Source: Gonapodya sp. JEL0774
Taxonomy: Eukaryota
NCBI GenBank assembly: GCA_027604505.1
Contig: JADIIX010000007.1
Coordinates: 62,001-126,000, forward strand
DNA: 64,000 nucleotides
Reading direction: 5' to 3'
The position numbers and the translations under genes were made by a program. Of this stretch, positions 26,501-36,867 are shown in pieces. How positions within the stretch are numbered: the first letter of the stretch is position 1; each line of letters starts with the position of its first letter. The notes under the pieces were generated by a model. It made no database searches. It saw only the letters and a program-made list of their open reading frames with translations, and was not told the origin of the DNA.

Positions 26501-28384
26501 CCAGGCGGTGCTTCAGCCCCGCGCGCACCGGCCCCTCCCGTGCCCCGCCCGTCCCGCATCCGCGACCTAGACATGGACACGTATGACGACACGAGGCCCG
26601 TGACGGCCAAGAGTGACCCGGACACAGAGGTCTCGGAGTCAGCGTCGGAGCCCGTGGCGAGCGGGAGACGTGCGTCACAAAAGACAATGAACTACAACGA
26701 AAGGAAGATGTTCAAGGGAATCGGATTACTGGACTCGGAGGAGGACAGGCAGGTATCAGCGAGTCAGCCGGTGGCCGGGCTGGCAGCAAGTCCCGCTCAT
26801 GGACGGGGGAGCTCCGGGAACCGACGGGGGCGGCCGCCGGGACGAGGACGGGGTGCGAGTCGAGGGACTGGCACAGGAACGGGAACCGGGCGGAGCGGTG
26901 GGTCTTTGGGCGGGGACGGCATGTCCGGTGGTGGCTCGGAGGTCGCCGTGAAGAGGGGCGGGGCGTGCTCCCCGAGCGCGTCGGGATCACGAGGGGGACC
27001 GGCGGCGGCGGCGGCTAAAGCGGGTGGTGGGCCTGGACCCTCTCTCACCGGCCGTGTCGGCGCAGGGGACTCGTCCGATGCCGGTGCCGGAGCCGGGGCG
27101 GGGGTCGGGGCAGGTGCACCCCCCGCCCCGGACTTCCGCCGCCTCTCAGCACCGCACCGTGCCCATCCGTCATCTCACGCCCCCGCCCCAGCACCCGCTG
27201 CGGGTTCTAACCGGCGATCGACGATGTTCGCGTCCACGTCCAAGCCCACGTCTACATCTACCCAGTCGAAAATGAGCGAGCTGCAGGAGCGGGGGAGGTT
27301 TTTCCAGTCGATCCTCGAAGGGAACGTGCGTGTGAGTGCGGGTGGGCGGGCGAGCTTGAATCCCGGGCCCGATGCAGGGCTTGGAGGTGGTGCTGGTGGC
27401 TTGAGTGGCGAGGGTGGTGTCGGGGGCGCTGCACAGACGCAGCCGCGTCGGCCAGTGGAAGGACACGATGCCACCGTGCCCGCCACCGCCACGTCCGCTG
27501 CTCCGGTCCGTCGGACCGGCACCGGCTCGGTGCCCCACGACGTCGATCCTGCTTCGGTCACCGGGTCCTCGTCCATGTATCAGTCGCACGCGCGGCTCGG
27601 ACCGGGCCTGAGGAGGACCGCTTCGCCGGCAGGGTCGGCGGGGTCGGAAGGGTCTCGGGTGTCGTTGGCGTCGACGACGGCCGGCCCATCTGAGAATGCG
27701 GGTGGGGAAGCGGGGGAGGCTGAGATGGATTGGGGAGATCGAGATCGGGGGGTTGGTGGTGACGGGGATGGAATGAAGGGGAACGCTCGGGTGACCACCG
27801 GACCGTCGCCTGGGTCCCCTCGAACAATCTCGCGGTCCCCGTCTCGGCCTGGAACACGGTCGCCGTCGCTGTTTGGGGACAGGTCTGGTGTGCTTGCAGC
27901 TGCACCGGCACCCGTGCCGCCAACGCGGCTTTCGGCGGGCGGGGAAGGCGGTGGCGATGTTTCGACAGCTCGCGCCACGGGACAGTCGGGACGGTCGGCA
28001 GTAGGTCGGCGGCGACCGACGGAAGAGGAGTTTGGGGAGTTTTGTGAGATCATAGGAGAGGGCGAGGATGTGCGCAGACTACTGTTGATGCACTGGGACC
28101 AGAGGGAGGCGGATCCAGTGGCTGCCGCAGTGAACGCTGTGTTTGCGGGACAAGCAGGTGGGAGCGGTGTGCGAGGACCGGGCGAGAGCGATAGCGAGAG
28201 CGGGGAGTTCGTGGTTGACGAGGCGGTGGTGAACGAAGGAGTCGCGAGGCTGCGAGAGTTTGCGGCTGAGGCACTGGTGGAACTTCCGGGGGAGGAGCAG
28301 GTGCGGGAGGTAGTGAGGCGGTGGGGGGGGAATGTGACGCTGGCGTTCGCGGAGATATCGCGGGAGGGCAGTGCGGGGGAGTGA
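23514..28384 (+). CDS. Uncharacterised large protein: SAM-like domain(s), SPOC/MED25-ACID-like segment, long disordered region with AT-hook, two C-terminal UBA/CUE-like helical modules
   Basis: ORFs 23514-, 23715-24857 and 24854-28384 join in frame via introns ~23622-23712 and 24735-24799. Peptides: GLTGSNL...ESLSHWGVSEIGYQLALLD (SAM-like); IWTG...KWPAQLKL...YAVAFI...GFLFRY...VRGYVF; RRGRPPGRGRG; EEQVREVVRRWGGNVTLAFAEI. The gene is well supported; domain names are tentative. Confidence 0.7.
26209..26268 (+). repeat. 30-bp tandem duplication in coding sequence (SQPFVKRESS / SQPFLKRESS)
   Basis: aagccaaccattcgtgaagagggaatcttc followed by aagccaaccattcttgaaaagggaatcttc (2 mismatches). Confidence 0.9.
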
Positions 28385-28851
28385 GCACGCGGGGCGGTGG
28401 GGGGCGGGGGCGGGAGAAGGGAGAAATGGGATCTGGCGTGGAGGGGAAGCGGGGCTTTGGGGGAAGGAATGAGTGGTTGGCGGGTGGAGGTGGGTGGGAG
28501 GATGGTGGAGTACACATAATATGATGATTCGTGATGAGTGCGGGCAATTTCTTGATCTTTTACATGGAGACTTATTCATTGGACATTTTTGAGAATTCGA
28601 GATTTGGAGAGAATGCATGAATAGGAGGGAGAGAGTTGAAGTATTTGAGCCAATGATTCGGATGGATTGTGCATACCAGATAAGATGACACGTGGAGTGG
28701 CCGCAGAAGTGTACAGATAATGTGCTTCACAGGGTCCGCTTCACGGGCGGCGGGGCGGGGGGGCGGCGGCGCGGGCCCGGGCGGGGGCCGGCGGGGGCCG
28801 CCCCGCGGGGGGCGCGTGGGCCGCGCCCCCCGGCCCCCCGCGCCCCCCGCG

Positions 28852-28861
28852 NNNNNNNNNN
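28852..28861. other. Assembly gap (N run) preceded by ~110 bp of almost pure G/C sequence
   Basis: Ten N characters; 28744-28851 is essentially only G and C, so base calls there may be unreliable. Confidence 0.95.
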
Positions 28862-28875
28862 CCGCCCCAGCAGCC

Positions 28876-29859
28876 ATGACCACGTCTGCCCCCTCGCCCG
28901 CACCCTCCCCCACCCACTCCATCGTTCCCCAGCTGGTCTCGGATCCCCGCCCCCTTCCCTTCCCTCCGGGCTCCATCCTCAACACAATGGTCATTCAATT
29001 ACGTGGTGGCCTATGGGTCTGGGCGGGAACCGGTAACAGTCTGCGCGGTATCAGTCTGGCCGTCAAGACGAGATACGTGAGTCTCCCCCCGTCATTGCTA
29101 TCGGTGGCGGATTCGTCGGGGTTAGACGGTGACACCTGGTGGCCATCGTCGAGATTCCCCACCGTGAAGAGGGAACAAGACTCACGAGGCAAATTACGAT
29201 ATAGCAAAAAGAAGTTCGCAGTGATCCCGTCCTTTTCCTTTTCTCCCCCCGATTCCCTCCGTTTTTTCCATTCGTTCGTTTGGTTCGCGTCGTCCCCGCA
29301 TTCCCCGCAATTTTCTCTCCCCACTCACCATCCCCTCCCCCTTCCCCCTTCCACACAAACACCCCTCACAAAGGACTCCCTCCCCTCTTCCACCACCCTC
29401 CTCAACCCCTCCCTCGACGACCCCGCCCAACGACTCGCAAAGAAGCTCGGTACGTACCAGTGTCACCTGTCTCAACTCCGTTTTGCCCTGTTTCCATGGA
29501 ACATGGAGGCGAGGGAACGTTGTGCGTGTGCCGTAGTCATGGGATAGGCAGGGTATTAGGTTGTCGGAGATCAGGTATCGACGACGATCACACGACCCGC
29601 GTTGTTGGTGTTGCGGGGGCAGGATGTCAGGGGACCAGGGATCCACATTGTTCAACTTTCCCCCCACCCACCATCCCCTTCACACCCCCCAGCCTCCCGC
29701 TTCCCCCTCCAGTGCTTCGTCTCCCTCGACCTCCCCACCCCGTCCATGTCCTCCTCCTCCTCCTCCTCGCCCGCACTCGACGACCCCTCTCCCGACGTGC
29801 TGGCCGCCTGGGCTGAGCAGGTCGTCGTGAGGAGGGTCAGGGAGGTGTGTGGGGTGTGA
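28876..29859 (+). CDS. PSMG4: Proteasome assembly chaperone 4 (PAC4/Poc4-like), 3 exons: 28876-29076, 29374-29449, 29693-29859
   Basis: Spliced product: ...VIQLRGGLWVWAG...ISLAVKTRY|DSLPSSTTLL...AQRLAKKL|ASRFPLQCFVSLDLP...AEQVVVRRVRE, matching the PAC4 pattern; GT..AG boundaries keep frame. Confidence 0.8.
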
Positions 29860-29977
29860 GGGTGGGAGTTTGCGGTGTGGCGGGGGTTGGGCGGCGGTGG
29901 GGAGTGTGAGGGGGGTACCTCGGTGTGGTGTAGGGAGGAGGCGGCGCGGGTAACCCGCGTGGTTTGTAGTGGATGAT

Positions 29978-30123
29978 GGAAGGCCAAAGGCCACAAGGGA
30001 TGATGATCAGGGTGAACTGTGATAGGCTGGTGGGTCACGTGACATGTGGATGTGGAGTGGAGGGTGCAGGGTGGAAGCCCCAAAGCAACAAGGGAAGATG
30101 ATCAGGTGTGAACTGTGATGGGC
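29978..30123. repeat. Imperfect ~50-bp direct repeat (29978-30027 and 30073-30123) flanking the palindrome GTCACGTGAC
   Basis: ggaaggccaaaggccacaagggatgatgatcagggtgaactgtgataggc versus ggaagccccaaagcaacaagggaagatgatcaggtgtgaactgtgatgggc. Confidence 0.8.
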
Positions 30124-31569
30124 GAACGGCGAAAGATGAACCCCGACCTGCTCCACACTCACTGCTTCGCCACCAACGGTAACCGGCCACCACATGAAGC
30201 CCATCGTAGATCCAAATCAATCGCAGCTTGCTCACGGCGGTGGACGGCCGATTCTGAATGAATCGAAACGGGATCAGGGCCCGGGGGTAACTGCGTGTCA
30301 AGTGTCACGTGCCAAGTGTGCCCACGAGGCTCGAGCTGCCCGCACAGAACCAGTCGTGGGGTCCTCGGTTGCGTTTGGTGTCGGTCGGCCACCGTTCACG
30401 TTCTTGGGTTCGTCAGCTCCGGTGCCGAAAGTACGTGTGACGTGTGTGTCCCGGTGTGGCGTGGGACGGGCACCAGCTGCACTCGAGGCGTGGACCCCAC
30501 GAGGCCGATTGGGGAACAAAACGTTTCTGGGGGCGCGTCAGCCTACGGACCCATGATGCAGTTGTGCGGTGGATCGGTGGTGCACCCCGATTCCAGTGGA
30601 GGACGCGGAATGCCCCCCGCAGGGCCCTGCCCAAGCTCCATCCCGGGTCTCCAACTCTCCAGGCCTTCTGTCCAGATACTCGGCTCGTGGCATCTTGCTC
30701 CCCTCTGGTTCTCCCCTCATTTGCCCCTCCTCCAGTCTCCACCCAAGTATCACTATCCCGACTGACCACTCCCACCTACCAACACCGCCCTCAGAGCAGT
30801 TGTTGTGCAAGGCGCAGCGTTGGGGCATTGGGTTGTTTGGCCGTGAAGGTGACTGGTGGAAGGGGGGATAGGTCTTTCCTCACCACCCTGGCACCCAGTA
30901 TTCTGGCCTTCCTGTTGTATGAAAAGTGCTGTGTATGCAGAGTAGGCATATAATTGTATGACCTGTGAGCCAGTCAAACACACCATTTGCAGATTTGTTT
31001 ACACACCACAAAATATATTTGTAGAGCAACCCAAATGAACACACAATGTGTGATCAATTTGTGTTTGAAACTGTGTTGTGTGTGCTGTGGGGCAGCAATG
31101 AAATACCCTAGCTTGCAATTGAAATGGTGCAGGTGACTGTAGGAAACAGGAAGTGACATATAGTGATTGCGTCGTGTCCGGGCACAACAAAATGATGTGA
31201 TCGCTCGCTGAAATGCAATGCATCCTCGTTGAGACTTACACAATCTGTAGCATTGTTACCTCGTCAGTGTCCTCCTCTTCCATATCCAGTCTGACAGCAG
31301 TCAGATGCGGAGGTCAAGAACACCTGTTCTACGACTGGATGCTCTTCAGCTCACGTGAGCATGAGAGGGACTCAAATATAGTAAGTACATCCTGTTCTGA
31401 ATTGACGCAACTGCGCTGAAGAAAAACGATGCGTGTGTGGTGAGGAGCTGTCGGTGATGACCGAGGTGTCCACAGACCCAGGGGTGCAGCATGAGTCATC
31501 AAGTCCGCACACACACTCCCGACACACAGGCAAGACACACAGACACAGACACAGACCAGGGACTGGACA

Positions 31570-33726
31570 ATGACGACATCAGCAGCACAGCCACTCCACT
31601 CAGCACACTCAGCACACCTGCATCCCACGGGAGACACCGATCCTGTTCCCAACATCGACCAGGACCAAGACGAAGAAGACACAGACTCGGTCGAGCTGGG
31701 CGACTCAATCGACCTCGACGCACTCGCACCTTCCTCTCCTCCTGAAATCTCCCCCCTTCTTCTGCCTTCTCTGCCCCAATCCATTCTCAACGCCCATTCA
31801 AAGAATTCCATCCTCGAGGACTTGGACGCATCAGGATACGTCCATTCTACCGAATCAATGGCTTGCCTCGAAGGTCCCGGTATCAGATTTCTCGTGTTCT
31901 TGTCCGGGTGAGTCCCGTTTTCTTGTCCATTGTCCTCGTCCTACGCGACTGCTACTTCCTCCTTTTCATTCATATTTTTCGTTTCACATCTTATCCTGAA
32001 CTTAATTTTCTGTTTCTTTTGCTTCATATTCTCTCTCTTCTCTTTCGTAGTTGCCCATCCCGCTGCATCTACTGCGAAAATCCAGACACTTGGTCCACAA
32101 CCGCCGGATCCCTCCTGTCCGTGCGTGAGATCCTAGGTGCGTGCGTACACCAAAGCCACCAGTCTCTTTCCGACTATCAACATCTCGTTGTAATGTCGTA
32201 TCCGATTTTTTGAGGGGATCGTGGGATATGGGGGATCCGGGTCCGCACTTCGGATAGAGTAGCGGGACGACATGGATTTTGCAATTTTTTTTTTTTTTTT
32301 GATCGGCTCGGTGTGTTTGTGAAGGTATTGGGGTTGGGAACTTTCGGCTACTCTGTCGTCCATACACTCTCCTCGTCACTCCACTCACACACACACATGA
32401 CTCGCACTCCCCAAACCCCCAGAAAAACTCCGCCGCACCCTCCCCTACATGTCTATGCCCCCCTGCCCCCATCCCGTCCCGCACCTCGCCGCCGAATCCC
32501 TCTCTCGCACCGACTCCTCCAACAGCTACCGCGACCTCCTCTCCCCTTCCACCTCCCCCCGTGGCGGCATCACCCTCTCCGGCGGCGAACCCCTCACCCA
32601 ACCCTCATTCTGCCTGTCCCTCCTACGCGCCGCACGGACTCTCTTCGGTGTGCATACGGTGCTGGAGACCACCGGACGGTGTGTGATGCCCAAGGCGGTG
32701 GTGCCCAAGGTGATCGGGGAAACGGATCTGGCGCTCGTGTGTGTCAAGGGGGTGGATAGGGATAGGTACGAGAAGGTGACAAGGGTTAAGGGGGGTTGGG
32801 AACATATGGTGGGTTGGCTGGGGGGTAGGGTGTGCGGGGTGGCAGAAGGCGGGGGAGAGGGTTTTAAACTCGCCGACCTCTCTGTGGTTATAATGGGCGA
32901 TCTTGACAAGTGTGACGAAAAGGACAGAAACCACAAAGCACAAATGCCCGCCTGGTGGTGACGATTGGTGGCGTAATCGCCATGATCAGAGACCCACCCC
33001 CGTCCCGAAACCATCCGTCTGATCTCTCCTGTTCACCGCCCTCCCCTTCCTCCGCCTGCCCCCTCTCCCACCTCCACCATCACACCCCCCAGCTCTTCTT
33101 CCTCGCACACCTCCAAACCGCCCGCACGCCATGGTGGTGCCGGTACGTCGTCCTACCGGGCCACACAGACTCACAGGGGGATTTAGACAAGCTCGTGGAG
33201 TTATGTGTGAGGTATGGGGTGGTTGCAGGCGGGGGGGATGCGGGTGGTGAAGGTGTTGGTGATGGTGGGGGGGACCGCAAGGTGCAGAGCGACGGCAAGG
33301 TGATTCTGGGCCGGATCGAGTGTTTGGGGTACCATACCCTGGGGGAGTTCAAGGTGAGAGCGCAGTACGCGGTGCGGGCAGCCACCGCTCCGTCGTCACC
33401 CATCACCTGATCGCTTCAACCCACACCCACCGCACTCCACCGTAACCCGGCTGCCCCCTTGCATGCCGTCGTTCCCGTACCTGCCGTGTCCTTACTGCCA
33501 CCCCCCACCCCACTCCTCATCCTGCTCGCTCGCCCCCTCCCCACTCTCCACTCGCGGTCCCGCCATCTCACCCCCCCAGTGGCACCAGCTCTCCGAACCC
33601 TACCCCCTCGACTCGGTGCCACAATGCTCGCCATCGCAGATCGCCGCCGTGTGTGGAGGGATACGCGCGAGGATGGCCAAGAGGGGGGCCATGTGGAGTG
33701 GGGTGCTCGTCACAGGGGACGAGTGA
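31570..33726 (+). CDS. pflA: Pyruvate formate-lyase activating enzyme (glycyl-radical activating radical SAM enzyme), 5 exons: 31570-31907, 32051-32136, 32423-32808, 33093-33353, 33580-33726
   Basis: GYVHSTESMACLEGPGIRFLVFLSG|CPSRCIYCENPDTW (CxxxCxxC), GGITLSGGEPLTQP, GVHTVLETTG, WCRYVVLPGHTD, IECLGYHTLGEFK|WHQLSEPYPL. All four introns are GT..AG and preserve frame. Confidence 0.93.
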
Positions 33727-34583
33727 GAAGGCGCAAGGGGGAGGGAGGAGTCGGTGGGTGGGTGGGGAAAGAACAGGCGGTGGCTGGGCAAAGAGGAAGG
33801 CTGCGGTTTGCGGCACCCGGTGGGGTCTTGAGGGGTCGCTCGCGGTGATCCGGTGTGTGTTAATTTGCGTCCTCTGTGTCCAACCGTTGGATACTGTTGG
33901 ACTCGAGGAGGGGCCACACTAGGAGCTAGAGTGCCGACGTGGACGTGTGTTGGAGAGATCAGTTCCCCGCTCACGCTCCCGTCGATGGAAACACATTTAT
34001 TTTTGCTCGTTTTCTATATTGCTATTGATGGAAATTTATTTCTTGATATAAACATTTGTTCACTGCACAAATACCGAATATGCAATTTTTGATCGCGTCC
34101 GCATTTCTCCACCGTAAAACAAATACACGACACAGAGTCCATTTCCGCTTCCTGGACCCCCGGGCCATTATCACAAGAAGGAAACAAAAAGTATCAGAAC
34201 GAACCCTGTCGTTCCCACAATTCACGCAGGTCCCTTCGATCCATCGGGCTTCAGTGAAACACCGCAACGCACTGTTCGTGGCGGGGGTAGTGTCGTACAA
34301 ACAAAGAGACAGTGCCACATTAGTTCCCGAGGCGGGTGGCTCCAGCTGGCGTTACTTGGCGCGTGAGTTGGCACCTTTGTAAATCACCCGGGCCCCTTTC
34401 AAAAGATCCTCCTGTGAGCCCACACCATCGAACCCTCCTGTTGACACGCTCAGTCGACATTTCGTGCAAAACGCACAAGCCCTCCCTGCCCACGATGTAT
34501 AATCCTGTAGTAACCACCACGTCACATACAATACCCTCAAAAATGCACGCCCACACCATCCCAGCACCGGTAAACAGACAGAC

Positions 34584-36867
34584 TCACGCCCGTCCATCTA
34601 CCGCCTTTCCGGCCCCGCAGATCCCCTCGCCATCCGCATCCCTCGCACCGCCCGCCTCTCCTTCCTCCCTGCCCCCCGCGCCTGAAACCACCCCACCTCC
34701 CCCATTCTCACCCCCCCTGCCTGCCTCCGCTTCTTCCAGCTCTAAAACGCGGTCTTCCAACTCTAAAACGCGGGCCATCGCGCGTGCCCGCAGGACAGTG
34801 AGGAGCGGCACGACGTGGCTGCGGAAACGCGGTGAGGGAACAGCCGAGGTGGAGACCGCCGTTGTCTGGTCCTCGGAACTGGTGGATGTGGTGGAAGAGG
34901 AGGGGAGAAGCGTCCACGGGGGGGCTGGAGGTGCGTCGGCGTCGAGCGGTGCAGCAGGATCACACCCAGCAGCACCTCCGTCTACTTTAGCCTTGCCCTT
35001 GTTTGCCATATTCTTCTCCCGCCGTGCATCCTTCCTCTTGCCTTTCTCTTTCCTCCCACTCGTCGTTTCACTGTTTTCTCGGGTCTCCATCTCAATGTCG
35101 ATGTCGCAATCGGCACGACCGACGGGGTCGTTGGATCTGGCCAGCTCCATGTCGTCGGAAAATGACGACGAGATCGGTTCGGATTGAGAGGAGGATGGGG
35201 CGTCGCGGTCGGTGCTTGTGTAATAATCTTCGTTTGAAGAGGTATCACACACAGATTCCAATTCTGCTTCAGACTCCGGTTCAATAACGTCGGAGGATTT
35301 GTCAACGAGGGGAGAGGATGAGATACTTGGTTGGGTTTCATCGTCGCCACCAGCTGCTTCGTCGCCTTGGGTTTCAGCAGCGTTGGCCACAACGTGATCA
35401 CCGTAGTCTTGTCCGACGGCTCCGCCGTCTCCATTTCCATCTCCATGATCATCATCAGCTGTCGCGGCGCCCCCTTCAACACCCTCACTCGGCGGTGCTG
35501 CAACCGCATTGGCAGCACCCTGATCCCCCTGCGCCTCTTCGTCGGCATCATCGTGGTTCCACCCAAACTGCACTCCGAAAAGCAACCCAAGCCATCCCAT
35601 CCCCGCGTTCCCCTGCGCACCCAGACCTTGCAGGACCCGCCTGAACCCCGCCTTGTTCATGACGCAGTCGTCGGGATAGTCTATACCAGAATTGTAGCAA
35701 ACCACTTCGTATTGCTGAAGGGCGGTGGTGATGGTGAGCGCGGAGTCCTCAAGGCTGGGGTCGGTGTTGCGGAGAGGCATGGGGAAAGAGGTGGAGACGG
35801 ACCCTGAGGTGCGGAAGGAAGGAGTCAGACAGGTCTGAGATGGAGACCAGACGCAGACCAGGAAGGCGGCTCACGAGACACTCACAGCAACTCTGCATGA
35901 CCCATCCCCAGTTGCTAATGGATCAGTATAATAAACGGTTCCAATCCATCAGCACTGATATACAAAAACACACATCGCAGTGCTCTCCAGACACAAACCT
36001 GTGGCGCGAGAAGAACTGTCCCGGAGTATTCCCAATGCGCAAGAAGCTGCCTTCGTGAGGTGCCAGTTTACCTCCGGCCGTCGGAACAAATCTGCGAACG
36101 CGATGCAACGAGAGTGTGCCGCTGTTTTCGATCCTTGTTCGACATGGGCATAACTCACCGCCACCTCGCGTCTGGTCGATAAACAGTTCCTCCCATCGTC
36201 CCGTCGGCGAAGTATATACTATCAGTGAGATTGGTGGAGTAGGTCGTTGAGAAGCTCAAAATGCAAATGTTTGGCGTACATACCGTGTTCGGGCAGGTTC
36301 CCCCCTCCACCATGGCTAACGAGGAAGTCGCGATGAGTCGAAGAATATATAACGAAATAATATTCAACTCACATCGACGTCAGTGAAATGCGTGCCGCTC
36401 GCTCCTTTCATGCGAAAGTTCCAGGCAAACGAGCACAACTCTGCAGTACATAACACGGGGGGGAAGAGCAAAGGCTCATTCTCCAGTGACGCATGTAGAG
36501 CACTGTCACATCAAATTACCTTCCGCCGTTATCCAGGATCGCTTTGCGTCCTCCAAACTCTCAAAAAATGCTTCCCGCGCGTGCGTGACTTTCAGTGCCG
36601 TGATCCGATCAGGTACGTAGACTTTATCTGACCAGAGCCTGTCGCATAAAAGAGACCACAGTGCATTATTGTAGGAGGCGATGTGCCAGCGACGGGAAAC
36701 GCGGGAGATGGCCACGAGCTGTTGCGCTGAGAGCCGTTCGAGAACATTGAAGAAAATCTTGGATTGGAGTGGAGAGAGCGGAATAAATACACGAGCGAAA
36801 CGAGACTCCTTGCTTGACAACGACTCACTTCTGTCGGTAGTTTTGTCGAGGGATCCATTCTGTCCAT
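34584..36867 (-). CDS. F-box protein with an unnamed central domain and acidic low-complexity tail (multi-exon)
   Basis: MDRMDPSTKLPTE|IFFNVLERLSAQQLVAISRVSRRWH...NALW is an F-box. Downstream exons WNFRMK and NWGWVMQSC|WSVSTSFPMP splice in frame into ORF 34584-35780, which is therefore the last exon rather than a separate gene. Confidence 0.8.

Noticed and set aside
25888..28618. Numerous long antisense and alternative-frame ORFs
   Set aside because: Expected shadows of GC-rich coding sequence; no motifs recognised.
29978..30123. CRISPR-like repeat-spacer or LTR remnant
   Set aside because: Only two imperfect copies, eukaryotic context, and no cas or transposase genes, terminal repeats or target-site duplication.
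31361..31569. Splice-created uORF (MRGTQI*) ahead of pflA
   Set aside because: Depends on an unverified intron (31381-31559); too speculative without transcripts.
34022..34420. Cys/Trp peptides resembling a RanBP2 zinc finger (WHCLFVCTT, GTCVNCG) on the minus strand
   Set aside because: The pieces lie in different frames, lack the full motif, and fall in the expected 3' UTR space.
34584..35780. 398-aa ORF as a standalone orphan gene
   Set aside because: It splices in frame to upstream F-box exons (QSC|WSVSTSFP-MP), so it is a terminal exon.
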